Assembly: GCA_965153455.1 (NCBI GenBank)
Contig: OZ234493.1
Location: forward strand, 31,362,213-31,426,212
From: Sphagnum compactum
Taxonomy: Eukaryota
Length of the DNA stretch: 64,000 nucleotides
Direction of reading: 5' to 3'
In this document: in pieces, positions 13,653 to 25,869 of the stretch
Numbering within the stretch: position 1 is the stretch's first letter
Layout of the letters: each line of letters opens with the position of its first letter
Program-made: the position numbers and the translations under genes
The notes under the pieces: model-generated
Told to the model about the DNA's origin: nothing
Databases searched by the model: none
What the model saw: the letters and a program-made list of their open reading frames with translations, nothing else

Positions 13653-16639
13653 CAGAGGAGCGAGGGGGTGAAACAGAGCGTGACTTTTTTAAGGATAACT
13701 CTAATATTTTGCAGAAATGTTGAAAATTTTGAAAAGTATTAATTTTTTTCAAAGGACACAATCTGGCAAAGAAAAAATAAAGAACCTTTAGAATATTCTA
13801 CTTTCATATAAGGTCCAGTATTTTCTTAATGAATTTTGTGATGTAGTGAAAGTGGCAATCATCCATAGGAAGATTTAGCCAATTTTGGCTATGAAAAGTA
13901 GTTAATTTTTTTTTGGCTAGCCCTTTTATTTAAGTGCTGCAATCTATATATATATGTTGCTAGTATTGGATGAATAGGGGGATGAAAGTACCTTTGTCCA
14001 ATCATGTAGAGGGAACAAAGATTGGTCATGAGTAGGTAGGTATTCAAGGCCCAACTTACTCCCTCCTACCTTTTGGTTATCCTAGTACAACTTTGGTGGA
14101 TGGAAAAGAAAGCTAGCAAGTAAACTTTCTTGGCTTTTGGAGGGCCCTTCATATATGTGCATGTCACTCCTAGAAAGGATACCAAAAAGGAGGAGGGATG
14201 ATCTTACTTGGGAGTCCTCAATGAGGAGGGATCGTATGCTTACTCATATTAAGGAGAGATCTTTCACCTACCAAGGGCATAGGTAGGTGAAAGAGAATGC
14301 AAGAATTCTCTTCTCCAAAAGGCAGCCTGCCCGACTTGTTGGCCTTGCCTACCAAGGTAAGGATGTTGTGTTTGGATTCATTATAGAGTATATAGTAGCT
14401 TAAGGGATTTTGGCTCCTAGGTAGTAGGTCTATTTTTATATGAGGATTTTTGAAACATGATATTTTGGCTTGTGTGGAAACTTGAGATCAGTGTAAGTGC
14501 ATTTAGGATATTTATTTACATGTCATGTAAGTGTTTAATTTATTATATTCAAATCAATGTAACATCGGATATGTATGTGTGAATGCATAACCATGTAAGG
14601 CCATTTCATGTCATGTAAACCAATTGAAGTGCAACTATTTAAAAAAATACATGTAAATTTGTGTAAATAAACAAAAGAAGGGAGAAAAAGAGTGCAAAAC
14701 AAGGCCTTGTGACCCAACCCCTTTCCTAATTTTTCCCCCCTTCTCCCTTCCTTGAACCACCTCCATCCCCACTAACATTGAACATTATGATTTGAAATGG
14801 AGAGAAAAAAACGTTATAGCACTTCCCATTGTCATTATGATTATGAGTGCATAAAAATGAAGGTATTTCATTTTCATCATCATTGTCAATTATGGATTTC
14901 AATTTAACAAACTTTTGACATGAATTAGGGTAAAATGCACAGCAAAGCCTAACACATGCTGATGATGATTGGCTAGATAGTTTGATTGGTCCAGGTGGGT
15001 TGCTGTCAGTAGTCTCTCACCTGTTTGCAGTCCCAATTTTAGTTTTATGGGTGGGGTTGGAAAAGAAAATAAATAACTAAACTTGGATGCGAGAAATAGT
15101 TTTGCAAGGTCACATACTGAGCATCAGTGGAGGTGCTCCAAGAGGCTTGGAGAGTTAATAATTTAATAGAATATTCTTGAAATTTTGATAACTCTAAGCT
15201 GAATTTAGGGTACTTAAAAAAAACCAGATAGATTTTAATACCCATCCCTAAAACCCAACCCGATAGGATATGTATATTGTAATAATACATTGACAACTTC
15301 CACACATGTTTATCAAATAATTAATTAGTTGTGAAATTTTCATTTCAACAAAAAATCTTCAAAATTTCACTAATCCCCTTCACAAATTTTTGTTATTTGA
15401 AAAATTAATGATTTTCAAAAATTTCAGGGTTTAATTAGTGTGTCAAATGTGTGTTGCACCACGGTTGCGCATTCACAATGAATATGATGTAATCAAAAGT
15501 CTTGGAGAGTTGTTAATTTAGGTGGCTGATATGGAATTCAATTGCTATGAAAGACTGGAGGATGGACTTCACTCCCCAAAACCTCTCATGATTCCTATGT
15601 AGATAGCCCAACACTATTCAAACCTGGACTCTCTCTTCTTTGGTAGGTGGTAGACACTAAAAGATGAACACTAAAGCAGGTGAGAGTGTGCTCATTGTTT
15701 TGGTGTGCATTCAAATTGGACATGATTAAACTAGACATTATAGGTCATGCTTTTGTTGTAATGAGTTGAAGGTTTGGAGCCCAAATGGCAAAGCAATAAC
15801 CTATCTCGAGCAATGATGGTGGAATTTTAAAAGATGGCCATGTGGGTGTTAAGTTCATTGTCCCAAATACACAGCCATTTTTATTTTTTTGCATTATGAG
15901 TAAAGATTTTGGAGGATTTGGTCTTTAATGGTAAGGGCGGGTTGCAAGAATTGCATCATGAGCAAAATTTTCGAGCTTTTGGGTTCTTTGTTCGCAATGG
16001 GATATTTGATGATGCCATCCAACTCATGCTTGGTTGGTGAACCCCTAAAGGAGTTTGAGTAGCCCAAAAGAACATAAGTCCCCACAAGGTCATTAATATA
16101 TATATATATAATTTATTATTTTATTTTAAAAATTGATATTAAAATTTTGGCCAAAAAAAGAGAAAATTTAGTCAAACTTACACTAGAAAAAATAATCCCC
16201 AATTTTACACAATTTTTTTTTCAAAAAGACGAAAAATAAATTTCAGAAATGAAATCGCTAGTCCTTATAGTTAGAGTCAATTTTATTTTTCTCTGACCGG
16301 ATATTTGTGAAAACTTTCTCTTTGATATCATAATAGTCGAATAATAAATCGGCTCTTTGATTTAGTTTACACCTTTTTAATTCATATATATATATATATA
16401 GCTTGAGAAAGCTTACCTTAACCTAGTGCTCTAACCCTAACCTAACCCTAGATTGAGAACCCCTTCTCATCATCTGGGGGTTGAATACATGGGGGTGCCG
16501 GTTCTTTCCATGATGTGCTCCAGGGGTGTTTCTAGCCAGCGGGTATCTGCCGAGTCACCTCCGGCATATACCCAAGGAGATTTAAAAAATGAGTTTCTAA
16601 TGAAGAAAGTGATATCCGTCCAACAATGGTTCTGTTTAC

Positions 16640-17290
16640 GTAGGACTATCACAAGCCTACATAGGGGACTACATAAAACTTACCTGGAGGGTTATTTAGG
16701 GCCTACCTAGGGAGACACCTAGGGGTCTAACTAGGTTATGGGATACATATAGCCTATTTAGAGGGATACATAGAGCCTACTTGTGAGGGCTAATTAGGAA
16801 TTTTTTAGGTTAGGGGATACCTACGAGTTATTTAGGGAACTATCTAAGGTTAGCTCATAGTGCAAAAGGGGGTTACGTAAGGTTTACATAGGGGTCTATT
16901 TAGGTGTTACTTAGGGCTGATTCATAGCCCCTATGTAAACCATATGTAGTTCCTTAAGTATCCCCTTTAAGTAATCTTTAAATATCCCCTAACTTAGTTA
17001 GGTCCCTATGTAGCCCCTATGTAACACCTTAAGTAGTCCCTATGTAACTTCTTATGTAAGCTTTTGATAACCTTTAATTTAGATAGCCCATAACCTAGGT
17101 AAATCCCTTCATGGTCTAAGTAGTCTTCAAGTTATCCTTTATGTTCCTTAGGTAGCACATTAAATAACCCCTACATATTCCCTAACGTAGGAAACATTCT
17201 TATGACTCCTTATGTAAGCCTTATGTAACCTCATTAATAGCTCATAGGTATTCTTTAAACTAGGTAGGCCCTTTGCTATCCCTTAGGCAG
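16640..17290. repeat. Low-complexity foldback array of TACATAGGG / CCCTATGTA-like motifs
   Basis: The left half is rich in TAGG(G) and the right half in (C)CCTA. The central arms GGTTTACATAGGGG (~16881) and CCCCTATGTAAACC (~16928) are a perfect inverted pair. Confidence 0.65.
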
Positions 17291-17749
17291 TCCTTAAGTA
17301 AACTTTTTATCGTCCCTATCCTAATAGGTAGGTGGGTAAGTAGGAGGTAGATAGGTACTAAATAAATAAGTACCCCAAGGGTAGGTAGGTATAGGTAGGT
17401 TGGTAACCTATAGAATGTTGCTTGAAATGAATGTTCAATCTTTGAAATGAAATAATTATTTGTGAATTGTTTAGTTGCAAACAAAATTTAGATGTTTCAC
17501 CTAATCTAAATTCATTAAAAATTTTGATTTGTCACTAAATCCTCGTTAATTTTTCTTTGAATCATTGAATATCTATTTTTGGATCATTTTTCATTTAATG
17601 AAATTAAATTCAAATTTCATTGGTGGAAACATTTTTTTTCATTGTGTATGAAAACATGGCACATAGTTATGTTGAGGTTAGAAAGGATGTTCACCATGTA
17701 AATACCTTGTGAGTTTTCTTGTCTCTTTGTTTTAGGTATTATATGTGGT

Positions 17750-18722
17750 TTTTGAAAGTGCATTCATGGATTAAGTTCTATTTGTTTTCAATTTCAGTTT
17801 GTGTAAGGTTGAGACAATCCACAACTCAATCTAGGGCTTCCACCATCACCTCCTTGTTCCTTCTAGTTGTTTCAATAACTAGTGAAAAGACATTACTTCA
17901 TTTTTATTTAATTCCCATGTTTCCATGTGTAGTTGGGGTCATTGAAAACTTCTATGTTGTTAGGTGTGACCACTATCTTTGTTGGTTGTGAACACGAAGT
18001 TTGATGGATTAATAAGTTGATGAAGGTGCTTCACAATGATGAGTATTTTTCAAAAAGTCATCCATGTTTATCCATTCATTCGCATTGAAATTGTTGCATT
18101 GTTGTCTCATGTGTATTCATTTACGAAATAGTTTTCGTCGAGAAGCTCTTCCATGAATGACCATCATGGTTATGCTAAATTATGATTTTTTGTATATTTA
18201 GTTTTGATACTAGCATGGTGTATTCCCATCTCCATCCACTTATAAGTCCCAAACATGGAATGGAACATTGATGTTCCATTCTCCTTGAAACATTAATATT
18301 GTCTTATAATAGTTTTGGTTGAATTGCCTTGGCAAGTTCAACTTGTTATTTTGACTAACATTAGAAGCTTTTAGAAAGAAGTATTGTGACTCGTCCCCTT
18401 GTGATAGTTTGCAACTTTCTTCGAATATAAGTTCAACATATTCCATTTGTCCTTGCACATTTTTCCATTGTGTGCTGACAACATATTGATTTTGTTTTGA
18501 AGTTCTTTCATAATCTTGGTCCATCATTGTGTTGTAGGAATCATACGAGCTCTTGGATCAATGATTTTTTTTTCTCTAACATATTTTGCATGTTTACACC
18601 TGATCACACAAGCATTTCATTGTGCTCCCAACTGACATTGTGTTGTCGAGTTCCATTGTTGCTACTAGATCTTCCTTTCAAACATGTGCCTCTTTCAATA
18701 CAATTTGAATTACCTACATCCA
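17750..18722 (-). pseudogene. Second Harbinger-type Myb/SANT (trihelix-like) ORF remnant, no adjacent transposase seen
   Basis: NVSWEHNEML..IDPRARMIPTTQ*WTKIMKELQ..NGKMCKDKWNMLN..KKVANYHKGTSHNTSF*..KLNLPRQFNQNYYKTILMFQG..PFHVWDL. Same motif order as 41250-42340. Confidence 0.75.
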
Positions 18723-20164
18723 TTGTGCACACCGTAAATTAATTTGCTCAACATTGCTACATGCAATAGGTGTTTCCAAGATAAAGGCACACAAAAAAAA
18801 AAAAAGATGTAGCAAGATGTGTAGAAGGAACACATAGAAAAAGATGCACAATAGAGATGCACAACAAAGAGATGTAGAAGATCGATGCAATAGAAAAATG
18901 CATAGAAGCGAGAAGCAATGTGCAACAATTAAGCAAACACGAGTTTGCAAAGTTTGAATCTTTGTGCATTTTGGAGAGAAAAACTGGGCCAGGTGTTACA
19001 TGTCAATAACTTACGTCATGTGAATTCATGGTGGTAAACTTGCGATTGAAGATAGAGGTGAAAATCTACATTTTTCCAAGCTTTTGAAGTAATCAACAAT
19101 AGTTTATCACTAATCACTAGCACATTAAGTAATGTGTTTAGTAATGTGCCATGTGTGCACACCACATAGACTACTTACCAATGACTAGATGCATAATGTG
19201 ACCATTTGTAACTTATATTAACTTTACCAATCTTGCTATCACTTGTGTGTGAAAGTAGCTTAAGAAGGTAAGAAGGGCTGTTTTTTACTACTTACATACT
19301 AGCAATCCATTAGCAGGTTTCTAGGAGGCAGGTAAGTAAAAGAAAGCAACCGAATTAACCACCATGGTTAAATAGGGAATTGAAACCCAACAGAAAAGTG
19401 TTTGCTAATCACTTATCATCCATCATCCATGATGCACAGGTGTGGTTCACTTTGGCCTTGAAATACATATATGCACATAAGTCTTTGCAATGATATTGAC
19501 CTCGATTAACATACCGTAGTACCATGGCAAGTTCAACATTTTAGTGTCAAAATGATTATTTTATTTTGAAATTTTTCATGTTGAAAAAGGGGGGGAAAAT
19601 AAAATAAAATTCCGGAATTTTCTTTTTTTAAATCTCTGTTTTCCTTCACCAAAAAAATAATTTGAAATTTTCTTTTTGGGGGAAAAATTTCCGATTAGTC
19701 GAATTTACACGATTAAAAAACAACCAAAATTTTCTCAATTTTTGGTCCAAAAAATGACAAAATTTGTCAAAAATTTATAATCACCAGTTCCAACAGAGTT
19801 ACACGCAGAGTGACTGCACAAGTGTAAAACAGCAACCGAGCTAGGGAACCAAGGTTAGCTAGGGAACTGGAACCCAACGGGAAAGTTTTCCCTGTCCACC
19901 TATCATCCATCCATCCCTCACATGTAACTCTTGTTGGTTCACTCTGACCTACAACAACTTATTCCATCCATAGCAATAAGAGGGATGTGCTACACTTCCA
20001 CATCCAAATAATTGTGACAAAAATTAAATAAATAATTGTGACAGGTTTATTCCAAGTCAAAGACTAGGTGACTGGCTTAAATCCCCATTTTCTTAAAAAC
20101 CATTAGAAAAATATGTGTGTTGCAATTTATTGACAATTTCTTTTTTTTAGTTATTTGGTTTCTA

Positions 20165-20526
20165 GGTTTGTTGGTCTTGCCTACAAGGCAAGGATATAGT
20201 GTTTAGATTCATAAGATTCATAAGGAATGACGCAAGGTTAGTTCACCTTCATTCTTCAAGGTTAGTACCGTAGCTTAGGGAATAATAGGTCTATTTTGAT
20301 ATGAGGATTTTTGAAAGATGATATTTTGGCTTGTGTTGAAAGTTGAGATTAGTTATATAGAGTTATAATATCTTGAAGGATTTTGGTTTCTTTTTGAGGA
20401 TTGTTTGAAGATTATATATTTTTGCATGATGGTGAAATATTTTGAGTTTTCATCACTCTTCTCTTTGCCTTAAGATACTTTTTGATGTAAATGACAAGGC
20501 CACAATGTGACACACACCCCTTGTTG
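20165..20526. repeat. Dispersed repeat family (other copies: 14338-14490 same strand; 36660-36990 inverted)
   Basis: Shared core AGGTCTATTTT.ATATGAGGATTTTTGAAA.ATGATATTTTGGCTTGTGT.GAAA.TTGAGAT. The 36660-36990 copy is near-identical over most of its length. Confidence 0.9.
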
Positions 20527-20735
20527 GTTTTTGCAATGGGTGTTGTTTAGACTACCTAGAGAGACCAATGTTGTTGGTCTGGAAGTGTATGTAGGTCAAC
20601 ATACACTATGTGCCCCCACCAAAAAGATGGTTTTCCAATAACTCCTCCATCCTGTCAGATTCCAACTTTCTTCATGCAAATCATGTCTGGGAGAAATTCC
20701 CACATAATTTTGAAGATGACTCTTTTCTCTTTTTT

Positions 20736-20773
<38 letters not shown>

Positions 20774-21389
20774 TTTTTAAATTTAAAAAAATTACACCAC
20801 TTTTTCATTCAAATCTGTCTGTTTGTGTTGAGTCAATAGAGTTTTATAGATACACACACACACACACACACACACACATGAAGCACTGAATAAGCATTAT
20901 AGGTAAACCATGGTTGGTGACCACCTACACAACCATGGTTTCCCTATAACTCACATTGCTGTAGCTTGTGATTTGTAAACATATGATGTTACAAAATAGG
21001 GGCCAGAGTGAAACTGCAACTAACTGCCACACTATGGAGGGTGGAGGGTTTAGGGCAGTGTTGCCCGCATATATCGAAAATTCCGGATACGAACCCGGAT
21101 AGTACCCATATATGCATATAGTCATACGCGGAATTTGTTTTTTCAAATGTTCATCTTTATATATATCCGGCATAAAACGGTCATGCAATAACCAGTGCTC
21201 ATCCATATCCGGGTGGGAATTGCCCGTACCAATATGCACATCCGGGCACTCATGGATGGATATGCCCGGATATGCATAATATGCATATGCATCTCCAACG
21301 CATAACCGGTGCATTTTGGCATATGATTGGTTAGGGATTAAGGTTAGGGTTAGATCGAGATGGAGCTCGCACCGCTTAGGGTTTAGTGA

Positions 21390-21550
21390 TCTAGCTTCAT
21401 CATCCTTGTGTGGCTTTTCATCCGATGTTCCCAAGGTTGAGGCAACATGACCCTTGACTTGACCAACTTTTTCTTTGGTAGCTTGAACTATCTCAGACAC
21501 CTTCTAAGCAGCATTGTCCTTTGCTTCACTGCCTTGTCCTTTGTTGCTCT
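21390..21550 (-). pseudogene. LEA (group 3 / LEA_4-like) gene fragment inside the hAT element
   Basis: Minus-strand translation ..(ATKDK) SEAKDNAA*KVSEIVQATKEKVGQVKGHVASTLG.. shows the A/K/E/Q/T-rich periodicity of group-3 LEA 11-mer repeats. The TAG is probably a former CAG. Confidence 0.6.
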
Positions 21551-21748
21551 CTATGAAGTTGACGGTCTCAAGTTGAAGGTGTGAAGTTGAAGTTCGAAGG
21601 TTTGAAGTCTAAGGTCACTATGGTCAGAGGTATGATGAAGTTGAAGGTATGAGCTTTAAACATCTAAGTGCTTTCTTTGTGAGGTTTGAGGTTTAACGTC
21701 AGAACATTTTTTTCTTTGGCTTTGTTGTTTTGTTTGGTTTGTAATTTA

Positions 21749-21956
21749 TTTCCGGAGTAGGTGTATGCAATAATGGCAGTAGTGGATTTGTATGAGGATT
21801 TCGTGCCTTGGAGCCAAAGTTCCCGCATTCTATGGTGTAAACATGATGATGATGATCAAGGTCTTCTTAACGCAAAAATTGAAGTTGGGTTCAAGTTCTT
21901 TGTGAAGAGATATATCTCACATGTGTAGCTAGCTGAAACCACCCAACCTAATCAAA
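21749..21956 (+). pseudogene. Captured exon of a COQ10-like (coenzyme Q-binding START/polyketide-cyclase domain) gene inside the hAT element
   Basis: Translates FPE*VYAIMAVVDLYEDFVPWSQSSRILW...NAKIEVGFKFFVKRYISHV*L..PNLIK followed by a GTAAGT donor at 21957. This fits the plant COQ10 pattern SPEQ.F.VVAAVDLY..FVPWCQ.S...DAELEIGFKFLVESY.SHV. Disabled by two TAG stops and a 4-nt duplication. Confidence 0.85.
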
Positions 21957-24900
21957 GTAAGTATCCATCCATCCCATTTCTTGCCCCCCAAAAAAAGGAC
22001 CCACATCCTCCCTCTCTCCTTTTCTATGTGTGATCTTTTCCTACAAAAAATGCCTATTCAACAATACCTCCGCATGTGTTCCAAAGCTAACTAACCATTC
22101 CAGTTTCTCTGGCATTTACAATTGGTAAAACATTCTGTTGTTGTGGACTCCTTCAACATTTTCATCGGCCATTTCATCATGCCTAGAGGTTTTGGAGCAT
22201 ATTAATATCCCTTAATGTTTCGTGACTTGGCTCATTGGAGTTCTTATCATCTTTTACATACCAACAAACTTCCTTTTTTTTTGGAAATGTTTAACAATGT
22301 TCACAACACATTTGTGCCCTAGTTTTTTTTCTCCCTCTAAGCTCATGGGTAGCTAGGAATGCATGACTGATACATGTTTTTGTCTACTTTTGTCATGTGT
22401 GGTAAGGATAAGTTGCCTTGACCTCTGATGTCTAAATTTCAACAATTCCCTGTAATAGGTGCATGCAAGTTTACAATATTGAAATTGACCATTGACATTG
22501 TTGCATCTTGGAAAGGGGTTTGTATTCTTTTTGCATGTTTTCAATTTCTTTTTGCAGCTTTACTCCTTCAGGTTGGTCTTGTTGCTTGTGGAATCTAAGA
22601 CATGAATGGAAAATGCCAGACGGAAGATGCTTCTTTTTTTTATGATGCACAATCAAGAAAGCACCAAAGAGGTGCAAAGACCTCTTTGGGATAATGTGGA
22701 TTTTTGAAGGATATGGTGTAAAAACCTCGATGCAATCAAATTATTTTTTAATATCTTGACAATTTGTAGTTTCCCAACCTCTAATCCATCATTAATGGGA
22801 TTGAGATCAAACCTTGTTTTGTTGCTATATATGGCATTTTATCCCACTGCCAAAGGGTGCAGCCATTCCCACTCCTTGCGAATGGGAGCTTTTTCAACTT
22901 TGTTATAATTATTCTTGTAGTAAAGTAAGATGATCCAAATTTAGATGAAATGGGTAGCTAAACTGCTATTTGTTGGATTTCTACTTATCTGTTTCCCATG
23001 TTGTGAAGCTTGGAACCAACAATAAAGGAGCCTTGGTTCTCTTATCCTTGTTTACCTTTATGTCTACTTCTTTTTATTGCTCCCTCTACTATGTGGTCTG
23101 ACACCATCTGCACACAAGAACATCATAGTGATCCATTATGTGCCACATAACACTATGATTGCACATACTCCATGTCATCTTCACATATTGGAATGGTCTG
23201 TGCGCTTCCAGTTACACTTCTCTGTAAAATATGTTCTAGAGTTCTTATGAATAATTGAACTAAAATGTGTGTACAAGACAATGTGTGATATGTGAATGAA
23301 ATCTACTTTTGGTTGCATTAGCAAAGAAAGTGCAATTTGTGTTTTCACAAAAATGTGGAATGAACCAAGAATGTGAGGTTGAAACTTGAAACCTTCATGT
23401 ATTCAATGAGGACACAAAGAAATGGCAAATAGCCAAGTAAAATAGAGGTGGGAAGTGAATAATGATGAAAGGGTATAACTAAAAATTTCTACAGTATGGG
23501 TTAAAGATGATGTAGAAATCAAAAACATGCAAGGCAATCTATGGATCATGAAGGGATGGTGAATGGTGAAGATATGCACTCTTTGAGTTGTTTCATCTTT
23601 CATGATAACTATTTAGTTCTATGTTAATCTCAGTCCATTGGAGTAAATTTCAGAATTGGAAGTGTTAATTTGCATTGTAAGAGATGATATTTTTTTTAAT
23701 GCGTCCAATGAATATAGTTGGTTGGCTTCATCCTTGTTTCGTATCAACCCAACATGGTTTGAACTTTAGAATATAGTAGGGCTTTATGAAGTTAGGAGTG
23801 GATTGGATAGAAATCAACTAGGCAATGGTTATATATGGCCTCATGAAGTTTTGTTTTTAATGTTAAATTGTCTTCAAATGTACATGTCAATTTGATTTCA
23901 TGTTTCCAGTGCGAAGGTCAAGAATTTAATCATGACTAATGTCTTTGGATGGTGAAATGTTTTTCGTCACAATGTGCAAATTCCCATAAATTGAATTTGT
24001 ATATTTGAATATGCCAAACATTCACTTCCTTCCTGTAAATATGCCGACTATGGGGGTCAAGGTTAAACTCAACTTCTACCATAATGATTTTTCTTGCATT
24101 AATTACATCTACCAATGACAACCAGAGGTTTTGTATTTGGTGTATTACATCATAAGTCAAAACAATGCTTATTTATAGGTTTTTTCATGTGGATGCAAGG
24201 TTTTGAAATATGGTTGTTAGCATGAAAAGCTTACTTGTGTTTTCATATGTTTCCTTGTTCAATTTGGAGATGATGTTTTCATTCCAACTAATGAGCCCCA
24301 TGTTTCAATTGAAGCACGATTAACCGGGGAACCCATCCTGATTTCCAATTTGTGAAATGCTACCAAGGTATATGTGATACAAGTTTCTAGATTCAAGATG
24401 TTGACATATCGCACTCCAAGTTGTTAGTATATAAAAAATAACAATGATTATTTTATTATTTGATTTAGTTAAAGGATATCTTGGCAGTGCTCAGTGATGA
24501 CAGTAGCTTGATTAGCAATGAACATGGACTTTGTGTTCTAAAAGCATATATTTTTAGATATTATCATTCATAGCAATTGTTCTAAGTTATTTGGTTCATG
24601 GTTACTTTAACATATTGATTGAGTTCTGTTGGCAATTTGTAGAAACCAATGGTTGGGCTGAGACTTGCACAACTTTTTCAAATTCCATCATTGTCATGGT
24701 TTTTTATGAACAATTATTACTCTAGCTTGGCAACTGGAATATATCTCCATAGAAATTGTTTGACATCTTTCAAGTGTCTTCTTCTACTTTTATATGTCAT
24801 CCATCATTCCTCCAAGTCTTTGCGACCTTGTGTAGAGTACCATATACAAAAAGATGTTTGCTAATCATCTCCTGGATTTCTAATTCAAGTTTCAACATTT

Positions 24901-25869
24901 TCTTCCCATCTTCCCGCTTTAGATTCTCTTGTGGACTGGTTTTTGTTTTGGTTTTTCTTTGCAGAGAACAATAATGTCATCACCAAGGAACAATGATTCC
25001 TAGCTTATGAATAAGATGGAATTTGTTTTGTTGTTTTCAAGGTTTCTTTGGGCTTTGCAAACAATAATGAGTGTTGTAATATGCAACAAAATATTGGTTG
25101 GTTGTGATATTGATTAATGAATTTGGTTGTTGTTGTTGGGGTTTTTTTTTTGTTTTACAAATAACAAACAATGTCACAAAGCCAATGATAATTTCTTTGG
25201 CTCAAATAGTTGATTGAATATGCCTACTTGTTTTTCATTTTTGTGTTATTTTTTGTTGCTTTGCAGACAATAGTGTCACAAAACAACCTTTTCAATTACC
25301 TAAACAACTAGCATGATCTTTCAAACCAAACCCAACACCCAATTCTTGTCACCTAATTCACCTAGATTCTACTATTGATGGTTGATGCATTCATTGAAAT
25401 TATCTTCCAATTGGCGCGTCTATAACTTCGGTGGAGATTCCAACAATTTGGTTTACATCAACACTTCTACATCAACCATTGATAAGATAAATCCTTTAGA
25501 CTTCATGTTTCTTCAATTTGTTTGCTGTACATATTCAATTATGTTTTGTACATGTGTCCATGAACCTCTTCCAATTGAATTGTGAGCTTTCATGCCTTGC
25601 CTTGAACTTTTTTTTTTTTTTTTGCATTTTGTTGGTTTTTTAGGGTTAGGTTGTAATTTTGGTTTTATAGTAGAGAACGATGGTTGAAAATGATGATGTG
25701 CAATTGGTTGAATCCATTGATGATATTGATGGAAGACCATTAGCATCAAATGTTTAAAGTATGCATATGCATGGCTCTGTTGGTGTTATTTCTATTAATG
25801 TTGCCTCAAATCTTGTTGTTGTTGTTATTGCCTCAAATTATACTATTATTGCTTTAGATTCTACTAAGG

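Noticed and set aside
20925-21500. 191-aa ORF on the minus strand
   Set aside because: It has no ATG start (it begins at GTG after an in-frame TAG). It is a chance read-through of the LEA fragment, the hAT subterminal repeats and flanking DNA across the TIR.
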